This document shows, in pieces, positions 8,317-17,800 of a stretch of 64,000 nucleotides of DNA. The stretch comes from a virus, in IMG/VR virus record IMGVR_UViG_3300047443_000115, positions 1-64,000 of that record; one strand, written 5' to 3'. The translations under genes were made by a program, and so were the position numbers. Within the stretch, counting starts at the first letter, position 1. Every line of letters starts with the position of its first letter. The notes beneath the pieces were generated by a model. The model did not search any database. It had not been told where the DNA came from and saw nothing but the letters and a program-made list of their open reading frames with translations.

Positions 8317-8574
8317 TCAGACGCCCGAGGCCGTCGAGGCAGAGTTCTTGTCGCCCATCAGGCGGGCCGCGAGGCCCTTCACGAGCGAACCGACTGCGGC
8401 GATCCCGGCGGTGCCGACGGTCTGCCAGAAGCTGGCGTGGAACATGTCGGCGGGACCGGCGGCGAGGGCAACGCCGCCGGATGCGACGACGAACGTCCAG
8501 ACGACGCGCTCGCCGAGGTCCTTGGCGTAGGTCGCGGCGGTCTTGCCTATGGCGGGGAAGTCGGGAGTGGACAT
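8317..8574 (-). CDS. Holin (r1t-like)
   Basis: KDLGERVVWTFV...SLVKGLAA, two TM segments, directly after the endolysin. Confidence 0.85.
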   Translation of the reverse strand: MSTPDFPAIGKTAATYAKDLGERVVWTFVVASGGVALAAGPADMFHASFWQTVGTAGIAAVGSLVKGLAARLMGDKNSASTASGV

Positions 8575-8601
8575 GAGGAGATCCGTTTCTGCTGGGAGAG
8601 G

Positions 8602-9558
8602 TCAGGCGGAGGTGGGGGTGCCGACGCTGACGTCGACCTTGATGACGGCGGCGGCGATGGCCTGCTGGACGGCGGTCACGACGGCCGCAGTGTCGACGCC
8701 CGAGCCGATGAGCCCGACCAGCGCGGTGATGGCGGCGGTCTGTGCGGCCTCGGCGGTCTGGATGGCGCGGGTGTCGCCGTGGATGTGCGCCAGGTAGTAG
8801 CCCGCGCCGTGGAAGATCCGGTTACCCTTGGGGTCCTTCTCCGTCAGCGATCCAATGTTCAGCAGGTTGTCGTGGAGCGCCTTGAGCTGGGCGGCCTGGT
8901 CGGTGGTGAGCGCCATGGGGTCCTCCTCGGTGGTGCCGCCCTTGGCGGCGGTCAGGATTGCGGCCATCGGGAAGGCGCCGGGGTCGCCGTGTACGTTGCC
9001 GCTGGGCACGTGCTGGTGCCCGCAGTGGCCCGAGTACTTGAGCCACGCCGCATTGGGCAGTCGCACGCCGTTGTCGCCGTAGGACCCCGGGTAGGCCTTC
9101 CATGTGACGGCCGAGCTGAGCGGCACGCCGTGCTGGTCGTGCGCCCACTTCGAGAACGCGGCGAGGTCCCGGATCGCCCAGTCGGGCAGTTCCGGCATGT
9201 ACAGGTGCTTGATGCCGGCCTTCGTCCACTTGGCGTGCGTGGTGGGGTCGCAGGTGCCGACGATCTCGACCTGGTCGACGTTGAGGGTGTTCGTCGCGAC
9301 GGCGCCGGCGTGCACGAGGGCGCGGGCGGAGACGTCGAAGTCGAAGTGCTGGAACCACGTCAGCTTCTTGGCCGTGAAGTCGGGCACGGCGGTGAAGTTG
9401 GGGGCCATCGACCCGCCGGAGTACTCCGGCAGGCTCGTGCCTTCGGTGGAGTGCCAGACGATGACGTTGACTTCCATCGCGTCGCCCGGGTACTTCGTCT
9501 GGTACCAGTGGCTGGTGTTGGCGCTGGGGTAGCGCTGGGGTCCCGTTTTGGTACTCAA
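8602..9558 (-). CDS. Endolysin, N-acetylmuramoyl-L-alanine amidase type
   Basis: IVWHSTEG, QVEIVG, HCGHQHVP...HGDPG zinc-amidase motifs; TTG start with GGAGG RBS. Confidence 0.85.
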   Translation of the reverse strand: MSTKTGPQRYPSANTSHWYQTKYPGDAMEVNVIVWHSTEGTSLPEYSGGSMAPNFTAVPDFTAKKLTWFQHFDFDVSARALVHAGAVATNTLNVDQVEIVGTCDPTTHAKWTKAGIKHLYMPELPDWAIRDLAAFSKWAHDQHGVPLSSAVTWKAYPGSYGDNGVRLPNAAWLKYSGHCGHQHVPSGNVHGDPGAFPMAAILTAAKGGTTEEDPMALTTDQAAQLKALHDNLLNIGSLTEKDPKGNRIFHGAGYYLAHIHGDTRAIQTAEAAQTAAITALVGLIGSGVDTAAVVTAVQQAIAAAVIKVDVSVGTPTSA

Positions 9559-9575
9559 GGCGCCCTCCAGGGCAT

Positions 9576-9604
9576 AAAAAACGCCCCGTCGCTGCGGGGC
9601 GTTG
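9576..9604 (-). terminator. Intrinsic terminator/attenuator between tail and lysis genes
   Basis: AACGCCCCG...CGGGGCGTT stem followed by a U-run on the minus strand. Confidence 0.7.
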
Positions 9605-9622
9605 TGTGGTGCTGCGGGCGTT

Positions 9623-11818
9623 TCAGCTTGTGGTGATGACGATGACGATGCCGTCGCCGCCAGCACCGCCAGCACCGGATGCGTTGCCGTTGAGGCTGCC
9701 TGCGCCTCCTCCGCCGCCGGCGCCGTACTTACCGCCCGCGCCGCCCGCGCCCGACGCGGCTGCGGTGGCGGATGCTCCGCCGCCTCCGCCGGTGCCGGTG
9801 AGGGGGTAGCCAGCCGTTACGGTCACGCCGGCGCCACCTGCTCCGCCCGCGGTGCCCGCTGCGCCGCCCGCGTTCGCGCCCGCCGACGAGACGTTGCCGC
9901 CAGCCGCACCGGAGGATGCGGCCGGGGCTGTGGTGACACCGCCACCGCCACCCCCGCCGGGCGCGGAAATCCCGACGCTCGTGCCTGAGCTACCGGCGCC
10001 ACCCGTGCCGGACGAGGCGCCGCCCGCGCCGCCGTTCGATCCACCTCCGCCGCCTGATCCTGCGGCGGCCGCCCCAGTGGATCCGCCACCGCCGCCGGCG
10101 CCCGCATTGGCGACGAGGAATGTGGTGGCCTTGAAGACGGAGTTCGTTCCGATCGAGCCCGCATTGCCGACCGTGCCGTCGGTCGTGATCGACGTCCCCC
10201 CGGCGCCGCCCGCGCCGACGGTCACAGTCTCGGTCGCGCCGAGGAGGGACGCCGGAATGGTCCTGGTGGTGTACGCGCTGCCGCCGCCGCCCGCACCGCC
10301 GCTGGACACGGTGCCGGACGGCTCACGGGCGCCGCTCCCGCCGCCGCCGCCCCCGCCGATGGCCACGACCGTCACCTGTACCGCGCCAGCAGGCTTCGTC
10401 CAGGTGCCCGAGGAGGTGAATGTCTGCACATCACTGAGGGCCTTGGCGGGCACCCATGTTCCACCGCTCCGCACGTACAGCACTAGGTTGGTGGTGTCGA
10501 CGGCGAGGGTGCCGTTCATGGGGACGTGCGTGAAGGCGCCGTCGGTCACCGCCCCGGCGACCTGTGGGACCGGGGAGTTCCCCCACCATTTGCTGGGAAC
10601 AGTGCCGCCGACTTGGGTGCCGGTGCTGCTGTAGCAGTTGACGACCTGGAAGTCGCTCGTGCTTGACGGTTCGAAGTACAGGTGGACGCCGGTGGGTGAG
10701 GCGTTGTAGTTGCCGACGACGTTGCGCGCGACCGCTGTACCGACGCCGGAGAAAAAGTCCAGACCGGAGTTGACAGTCGAAGAGGCGCCTGTCGAGATGA
10801 GGACGTCCTCGATCGCCGAGTTGCCACCCGACCATTGGATGACGTTCTGGGCGGTGCTGTATCCGCTGTAGAAGCCGCCGGAGTACATGTACAGGTGGTT
10901 GGCGAAGACGTGGCGGCACGCGGACGTCACCTGCAGGTGGGGGCCACCCCGGACCTGGCTGGTCTCGAATTTGCTGTCCGAGATGTAGATGCCGTTCGGA
11001 TTGTTCGTCGCGGCCGGGCCCTGCTGGATCCACAAGGCGCCGGTGAAGAAATTCTCGAACCGGCAGCCAATGAGGTGGATCTGGTTGGTGTTGTCGGCGC
11101 TGTACCCGAATCCGCTGGTCGCGGCACTGTTGCGCAGCAGAATGTTGGGCGTTGAGGCATCGGCGGCACCGCCGCAGGACTCGATGACGAGGTTGTAGAA
11201 CCTGCTGTCCCAGAACTCCGCCGTGTCGATGCACGTGTCCAGATTGCTGCTGACGAAAAGGTCGCGGAAATAGTGGTTGTCCGCGTAGTACAGCTGTAGG
11301 ACCAGCCCGGTGTGGCCGTTGCCGTTGAAGCCGAGACTCTCGATCGAGCAGTACTTCCGGTGGGTCCTGCTGCTGGTGTCCGTGCCGGGGCCTGACATCG
11401 ACAGGAGAACGCCATTGGCAGTCTTCTTCAGCGTGGCTGCCTTCGAGCCTGCCCCGACGAGCCGAATGCCGTTGCCCGTCAGCGCCAGGGCCGGGCTGCT
11501 TGTCGGGGTGACCAGGTAGACCCCGGCAGGAAAGTACACGACGCCGCCGCCCGCAGCCGTGCACGCGTCGATGGCGGCCTGAATGGCGGCGGTGTCGTCC
11601 GTGACGCCATCACCGAGCGCACCCTTGTCCTTGACGTTGTGCCAGTCGCGGACGCTTCCAGCGGTACCGGCGACGACGTTTTCAAGATTGAGGTCGCCGA
11701 TCGACGCGTAGGGAAGGCGCTTGGCTGCCCGCAGTTCCCGCATCTCCTGCTCCAGCGCCTGGACCTTGCGTGCCAGAGCGTTGGAGCCGGGGGGGAGCTG
11801 GTCCAGTCGATTGGCCAT
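9623..11818 (-). CDS. Tail fibre/tailspike: pectate-lyase-like beta-helix plus Gly-rich C-terminal domain
   Basis: NVKDKGALGDGVTDDTAAIQAAID...VYFPAGVY; FTSSGTWTKPAG...GGGGGGG; TGATG coupling to the upstream gene. Confidence 0.85.
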   Translation of the reverse strand: MANRLDQLPPGSNALARKVQALEQEMRELRAAKRLPYASIGDLNLENVVAGTAGSVRDWHNVKDKGALGDGVTDDTAAIQAAIDACTAAGGGVVYFPAGVYLVTPTSSPALALTGNGIRLVGAGSKAATLKKTANGVLLSMSGPGTDTSSRTHRKYCSIESLGFNGNGHTGLVLQLYYADNHYFRDLFVSSNLDTCIDTAEFWDSRFYNLVIESCGGAADASTPNILLRNSAATSGFGYSADNTNQIHLIGCRFENFFTGALWIQQGPAATNNPNGIYISDSKFETSQVRGGPHLQVTSACRHVFANHLYMYSGGFYSGYSTAQNVIQWSGGNSAIEDVLISTGASSTVNSGLDFFSGVGTAVARNVVGNYNASPTGVHLYFEPSSTSDFQVVNCYSSTGTQVGGTVPSKWWGNSPVPQVAGAVTDGAFTHVPMNGTLAVDTTNLVLYVRSGGTWVPAKALSDVQTFTSSGTWTKPAGAVQVTVVAIGGGGGGGSGAREPSGTVSSGGAGGGGSAYTTRTIPASLLGATETVTVGAGGAGGTSITTDGTVGNAGSIGTNSVFKATTFLVANAGAGGGGGSTGAAAAGSGGGGGSNGGAGGASSGTGGAGSSGTSVGISAPGGGGGGGVTTAPAASSGAAGGNVSSAGANAGGAAGTAGGAGGAGVTVTAGYPLTGTGGGGGASATAAASGAGGAGGKYGAGGGGGAGSLNGNASGAGGAGGDGIVIVITTS

Positions 11819-12900
11819 CAGATGTCCTCCAGCAGGATCGGGGTGACCTTGTCGGCGCTGGCGTCGAGTTCCCAGGACCAGCAGCGTGCGGCGATGTCTG
11901 CGCCGCTGAAGTGGCGGGGGGATGTTTCGACGGTGAGGCGGACGGTGTCTCCGAGTCCCCAGTCCCGGCCGAGCCGGGGTGCTTGGGAGGCGGTGGCGTT
12001 CAGGGTCCATGCCTGCGCGCCCTGCGCCATGGCGGCAAGAGCCTCGACAGCATGGGCATCGAGAGCGTCGGGGTCGGTGATGCCGGTGGCCGGGGTGTAG
12101 CGGTACTGCCACAGGCACCAGCCGTTGGCGATCAGGTCGGTGGCGATGTGAGCGCTGGAGGTGAGCCGGGAGTCCCCTTCACCCTCACCCCGTGCGATGA
12201 CAGAGTTGGCGCCTTTGCCCTGTTCGTAGGACTTGACCAGGTGGTATTCGGTAACGCTGCCGGGGAAGTCGAAGGTGCCCTCAGGGGTTGCGGTCTGGGT
12301 GCCGACGGCTGCCCGGATCCTTATCGGAAGGATGAACCCGGTGCGGGTGGCGTTCCAGGCGATGTCGACGGTCCACTCGGGGCCGCCCTCCAGCGCCATG
12401 ACCTCCTGGGCGCAGGACAGGATCGTCTTGTCGTCGGAGTCGGCAACCGCGTAGTCCATGGTCACGCCCGTTGTTACGGCGTCGACGACGAAAGGCGGGC
12501 CGTTGGTGAGTGCCGGAGTGAGCAGGGTGCTGAGGACGGTGGCCTGGTCCACTCCGATGAGCGTGTGCCCACCTGGGTAGCGGCTTGCGAAGTAGGTCTC
12601 CAGTGTGGCGGCGCCCAGAGAGACGGTCTGGGAGCTTCCGCCGTCCTGGGTCAGCGTTACGCCCGCCCATAGCGGCAGGTCGGTTGCGGTGTCGACGGCG
12701 ACCAGCATGCTCAAGCCCGGGTCGGTCGCAGCCTCCCAGTCCGCGGTCGCCCCCGGCAGTGCGAGGTCGAACTGTGTGGTGGTGGAATCCCCGAGGCGCC
12801 GGCTGAGAGCCCCGGTCGGCTTCAGGGATGGCAGGTCTTCGATGATGTCGCCGGTTTTGAGGTCGCAGCCGTACCAGGCCAGTACGTAGGGCTCGGTCAC
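11818..12900 (-). CDS. Minor tail protein (baseplate hub/Tal-like)
   Basis: Position in tail module; typical actinophage minor tail sequence. Confidence 0.75.
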   Translation of the reverse strand: MTEPYVLAWYGCDLKTGDIIEDLPSLKPTGALSRRLGDSTTTQFDLALPGATADWEAATDPGLSMLVAVDTATDLPLWAGVTLTQDGGSSQTVSLGAATLETYFASRYPGGHTLIGVDQATVLSTLLTPALTNGPPFVVDAVTTGVTMDYAVADSDDKTILSCAQEVMALEGGPEWTVDIAWNATRTGFILPIRIRAAVGTQTATPEGTFDFPGSVTEYHLVKSYEQGKGANSVIARGEGEGDSRLTSSAHIATDLIANGWCLWQYRYTPATGITDPDALDAHAVEALAAMAQGAQAWTLNATASQAPRLGRDWGLGDTVRLTVETSPRHFSGADIAARCWSWELDASADKVTPILLEDI

Positions 12901-13931
12901 TAGGCGATCTCGTAGGTGACGTCGACCCGCATCTGCTGGTTGGTCGTCCAGGCGTAGGGCGTGTCGCTCCTGGCGGAGAACAGCTGCAGGTCGCCCGCAG
13001 GATCAGGGAAAAAGGGGGCGGTAGTTGTGGCGGTGGGTGATACGACGCACTGCCCGGCGTACCGGCCCACACCGGTGCCCAGTGTCATTGCGGTGCCGAC
13101 TCGGCTCCCGTGCCCGGCCACTGCGGCGAACGGAAGGGCGAAGAACCAGTTGCCGCTGCCGTATGTGGTGGTGCTGCCGGTGATCAGGTCGATGTGGACG
13201 GTGCACGTCTTGCCGACGAGGGAGTAGTAGCCCAGCAGGGTTCCGTTGCCGACGACCGGATCGGTAGTGGACCCCGTCCATGTCGGCGTGTAGGACGTCC
13301 AGGCGCCCGGGGTTTTGACGTAGGTGTCCCAGGTGCTGCCGTTGTAGCGGAGCAGGTTGGTGCCGTCGTCGTAGTACTGGCCGGTGTACGGGCTGGTGGG
13401 CGCGGCGCTGCTGGGCAGGATCCCGCCCGGCGCCACCGTCTTGGGCATCACCGTCTGCGACACCGATGCCGCCCCGCCGCCAGAGGCCGGTACCGAGATG
13501 GTGGCCAGCTGAATGTAGATCTGGGTTCCGGCCGGCGTGGGCGCAACCGGCGAGGATGCGGCGGTACCCGCGAGGTAGACGGCGTCCGCCTTGTTCAGCC
13601 CTGACGCATCGACGGCGTTGTCCCACACCCGCAGGTACACCAGGTCGATGCGGGCCAGGGTGGCGTGGGCGGCGTTCATGGTGAGTGAGGCGCCCGATGT
13701 CAGTGGCACCGCGTACATGCCCTGCCCGGACTGGTAGACCCAGGCGACGCCCGAGCCGACGGTGATGGCGGTGCCCACCACCGACACGGCCAGGCCGCCC
13801 GTGCCCGGCAGGACGCCTGCACGGGCTCCCAGTGCGGTGCCGTTGTGCATCACCGACAGAGTTGCGGCCTGGCGCAACTCGATGCCGTCGTAGGTCAGGC
13901 TGTTAATCCACAGGGGGTCGACTGCTGTCAC
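12900..13931 (-). CDS. Minor tail protein
   Basis: RIDLVYLRVWD, VAPGGI, WTSYTPTWTG motifs. Confidence 0.8.
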   Translation of the reverse strand: MTAVDPLWINSLTYDGIELRQAATLSVMHNGTALGARAGVLPGTGGLAVSVVGTAITVGSGVAWVYQSGQGMYAVPLTSGASLTMNAAHATLARIDLVYLRVWDNAVDASGLNKADAVYLAGTAASSPVAPTPAGTQIYIQLATISVPASGGGAASVSQTVMPKTVAPGGILPSSAAPTSPYTGQYYDDGTNLLRYNGSTWDTYVKTPGAWTSYTPTWTGSTTDPVVGNGTLLGYYSLVGKTCTVHIDLITGSTTTYGSGNWFFALPFAAVAGHGSRVGTAMTLGTGVGRYAGQCVVSPTATTTAPFFPDPAGDLQLFSARSDTPYAWTTNQQMRVDVTYEIA

Positions 13932-13941
13932 GGGGACCTCC

Positions 13942-14811
13942 TCATATCCATGCGGACCGCCAGCGGACGGTGAGCATCGCGGTGGCGTTGTAGGCCGAGG
14001 ACTGGAATTTGAAGCTGACGGTCTGGCCCGCCGGGATGTCCGGCCATCCGTTCGGCAGGGACAGGAAGCGCCGGCGCCCGGTCGTGCCGTTGAGGATCAC
14101 CGAGTGGGCATCGGTGTCGATGACCAACTGTTCGCCGGTCGCCAGATCCTGCGAGTAGTTGAGGAGCTTCACCGACCCGTCCGGCATGGCCGCCAGCACC
14201 TGCGGTGCGACGACCGGGCCGTCGATGACCACGACGGGCCGGGTCGAGAAGGTGCCCGCATTGGTGGCGTCGACCTGCCCGGACACGGTCGTCGCCGAGA
14301 TGGTCAGCGGCGGCGTCAGCGGCGGTGTGAGGCCGCCGGTCGTCGTGGGCAGCATCGTCGTACCGGACTGCAGGGTGGTGCTGTAGCGGCGCGGGTCGGC
14401 CGCGGTCACCATCACCGAAAAGGTGGCGGTGCGGTCCGTCACGTAACTCATGAGCAGCTTGCCGGAGCGGCGCACCATCGCCATCTTCGGCGTGTACTCC
14501 CGCACCGTCAGTTGCGTGTCCGTGAGGGCCGCGGCGACCCGCAGCTGTTCCATGCAACTCTCCAGCCCGGCCCGGTCCGGGGCCTCGATGGTGCCGGTCA
14601 GGGTGATCGGCCGGGACCCGAGGTATGCCGGGGATGCCCACGCGCCGTGGTCGGCTTCCCGGTCGGTGAACTCCGACCGGACGTCCGGTGAGTCCCAGCC
14701 CTCCAGTGTCTGCAGGAACCAGGCGACACCGTCCGTGTCGACGGCGCCGAGTTGCACGTCACCCAGGTCTGCCTGCAGGCCGCCCAGATTCGCGCCCGGG
14801 ATGTACGGCAC
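13942..14811 (-). CDS. Distal tail protein (Dit)
   Basis: Directly after tape measure; ...ADPRRY...WRSAW pattern. Confidence 0.8.
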   Translation of the reverse strand: MPYIPGANLGGLQADLGDVQLGAVDTDGVAWFLQTLEGWDSPDVRSEFTDREADHGAWASPAYLGSRPITLTGTIEAPDRAGLESCMEQLRVAAALTDTQLTVREYTPKMAMVRRSGKLLMSYVTDRTATFSVMVTAADPRRYSTTLQSGTTMLPTTTGGLTPPLTPPLTISATTVSGQVDATNAGTFSTRPVVVIDGPVVAPQVLAAMPDGSVKLLNYSQDLATGEQLVIDTDAHSVILNGTTGRRRFLSLPNGWPDIPAGQTVSFKFQSSAYNATAMLTVRWRSAWI

Positions 14812-14823
14812 CCGCGCCCCCTC

Positions 14824-17800
14824 TCAGCCCACGAAATTCAGGTGGCGGGCAATGTCCTGCGCCTGCTCGGCAGAGGACTGCTTGGCGCCGTACAGGTGGA
14901 TGGTGACCTGCTTGGACACCTCCCGGGCCACGGCCGCCGTTGACACTCCCGCCGATGCGAACCGTCCGGCGGGCACAAGCTGGTAGCCCGCGGCGGCAGC
15001 CGTTGCGGCCATGAGGGACCGGGAGCGGCTGCTGCCGTCCCAGGGGATCCACGACTCCCGCACGCCGGCCTCGCCGCCGAGGACGGCGGTGGGCCGGTTG
15101 AGGATTCCGCCGCGGGCCATGGCGACGCCGCCCTGCTGGACCCACTGCCGCACGAAGGTGTCCTTGTACTCCGCCGGCAGTGCACCGATCTGCTGGGCGA
15201 TCTTCGGCACGAGGGCCTTGATGGTGGCCGTGTCGAGTCCTGCCGCGATGAGCTGGGCGTAGCCGCTGCCGGGTGCTGCCCGCAGGGTGGAGATCAGCGT
15301 GAGGGCGTTGGTGAGGTCGTCGCCCGTCAGCGTGGCTGCGTTCTTCTTGACCGCACTGTTGGCTGTGGCGGCTGCGGTGGATGATCCGGCAGCCTCGTGC
15401 GCGAGAGTCTGAGCGGCGGCATCACCTTGCGCGGCGAGGCTTTGCGCGAGATCGCCGTAGCCTTCGGCGGCGAGTTTCTGCAGGTCAGCCGCAAATTGCG
15501 CGTTGACTTTCGTGCTTGCGTTGATCTGCTTGTTGAAGTCGGCCAGCGTGGCCTTGGCCGTGTCGCCGGTCTTGAGCAGCTTCTTGACGATGTCGTTGAA
15601 CTGCTTTTCGGACGCCCCGGCGAGGCTGTTGACCAGCGCGTAGCCGTCTTCGCCCATCGCCTCCAGGAGCGCCTCGACTTCGGCCCCTCCACGCTTGGCG
15701 ATCTTGCCGAGGCTGCTGCGCCACTTCTCGGTCGCCGCCACGGACTTGCCGAGCTGGTTCTGGTAGGCCTTCAGATCGAAGCCCGCGGGGGCCTTGGCGC
15801 CCTTCTTCAGCCCGAGCGCGGCGTCGACCGCGTTGACGCCGGACCGCGCGGAGGTGACGGCCTTCGTCGCCTTCGTCTCCGCCTCGCGGGCCTTCTTCAG
15901 CTTGTTCTCGGCGGCTTCGAGTTGCGCTTCGGTGTGGTGATGAGACCTCACCTTGTGCAGGTTGGCCTCGGCCTCGGAGGTCGCATCGGCCTTTTTCTTC
16001 GCGTCGGCCATTGCCGCCGCGAGCTTCTTCCACGCCTCCTTGAGCTGCTCGATGAGCTTGTCGTACCGCTGCTTCGCATCACCAGGGCCGCCGAGGACGG
16101 GGGCGCCGCCGGGGGTGTAGGTGAAGCCGCCGGAGGCGTAGTGCCGCAGGCCGCCGTTGGCGTACCAGGCGATGCTGGAGGGGTCTCCGCCGAGGCGGCG
16201 CACGATCTCTTCGGTGATCCTCCGCGAGCGAGGCCGCTTTGACCTCGCGAAAGGCACGTAGCCCTCACCCTGGGTCTCCGGCTCCGCCCACACACGCATC
16301 GCCCCGGCCGGGGCGATCTGCGCGATGTGCCGCTCGCGCATGCCACCGTCGGCGTAGGCGCTGAAGATGTTTCCGTTGGCGCTGCTCTTGGCCTGCTGCT
16401 TGGCCAGGGCGATGGCTTCGGAGTACGTCTTGATGTGGGTGACACGGCTGACCGAGAGCGTGACGGACTTGTCGCGCAGCCCACGGATCGCGGCTGCGAG
16501 GGCATCGACGTTCCTCTTCTGCGTGCCGGTCGGCACGGTGATCGTGACGTTTCTGCCCTTGGTCCGCTTGACCTTGTAGCCGAGGTCTTCCAGGGCCCGC
16601 TGCCCGGCCTGCGTGAGGGCTTTGACCTCGATGGTCTTGCCCTTGGTGCCGCGCACCTTGCCCTGTACGGCGTCCAGATCCTTCAGCGCGGCGGCGGCGT
16701 CGACCCTGACCTGCGTGGCGCTCTTCGGCGAGAGCTTCGCGTAGGCCTTCGTCAGGCTCTTGATCTGGGTCTCGGTGAACCCGGCCTGGCGCATGGTGCG
16801 CTTCAGAGCGTAGATGTCCTGCTCAAGCACCTTATTGCCTGCGGTCACCGAGTTCTTCTGCTCGGACACCGCCTGCGCGTGATCCATCGCCGCCTTGGCG
16901 GCATCCAAGTACGCCGACTTGTTCTTGCGGCCCTTGTCGGTGTGGATGTCCAGGCTGTGACCGTTTTCCTTGACGGAGTCCCGGACGTCGGCGAGGGCCT
17001 GCTGGAACCCGATCTGCGCCTCGGCGACGGAGATGTTGACCCCGTTGAGGGTCTTCAGTGCGTCGGTGAGCTTCTCCGCCTCGGTGCGCTGATCCGCCAG
17101 GGCGTCGGCGGTGGTCTGCGCGGCGTCGGCGAGGGCGCCCTGCTTGTCGCCGGTCAGCTTTGTCTGCGTGTCGACTCCGGCGAGGGCGTCGGTGTACTGC
17201 GGGAGCAGCGTCTTGAGTTTCTCGGTACTGGTCCCCGACGCGTTGGCCTCGGTGGCCATGCGCGCGAAGGCCTGCGCCGCGACGTCGGAGTTACCGGACT
17301 GGACCAGGGATGCCAAGGACTGATCCAGGGCAGTGACCTTGTCGCGGGCTTCCTCCAGGTTGCCCTGGTCGCCCATGAATGGGTGGGTGACCGAGTACAG
17401 CACGTCGTTGACGCGCTTGAGGACGCTCGGGTGCGCGATGCGCGCGACGGCGTCGCCGACGCCGTCCAAGTTGTCGCCGAATGCCTTGGCGGCCTCGCCG
17501 GAGACGGTGCCTTTCTGTGCCAGGTCGACCAGCGAGTTGGTGAGCTTTGCGACGTCCGGGGGGGCGTCCTTCAGGACACTGTTGAGCTTCTCCGAGGCGT
17601 AGGACATCGCGGTCAGGCCGGCCACGACCAGCGAGGCGCGCCCCATCGTCGCCATTGCCGCACTGGTGCGGGCCGACGTCAGCCCCAGTGTCTGCATCTC
17701 GGTGCGTACCGTGCGGATGCGCGGCAGGGTGAGCAGCAGCGAGGTGCCAACCAGGCCGATCGCTCCGGCCAGGCCAGCGATGACGATGGCGGACTGCTGG

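Noticed and set aside
7090-9636. 848-aa + strand ORF opposite the lysis genes (similar cases at 16327-18285, 58217-59821, 35935-37170)
   Set aside because: Antisense shadow ORFs typical of GC-rich DNA: R/G/V-rich with no recognisable domain, unlike the intein antisense ORF, which has HTH and nuclease motifs plus an RBS and candidate promoter.
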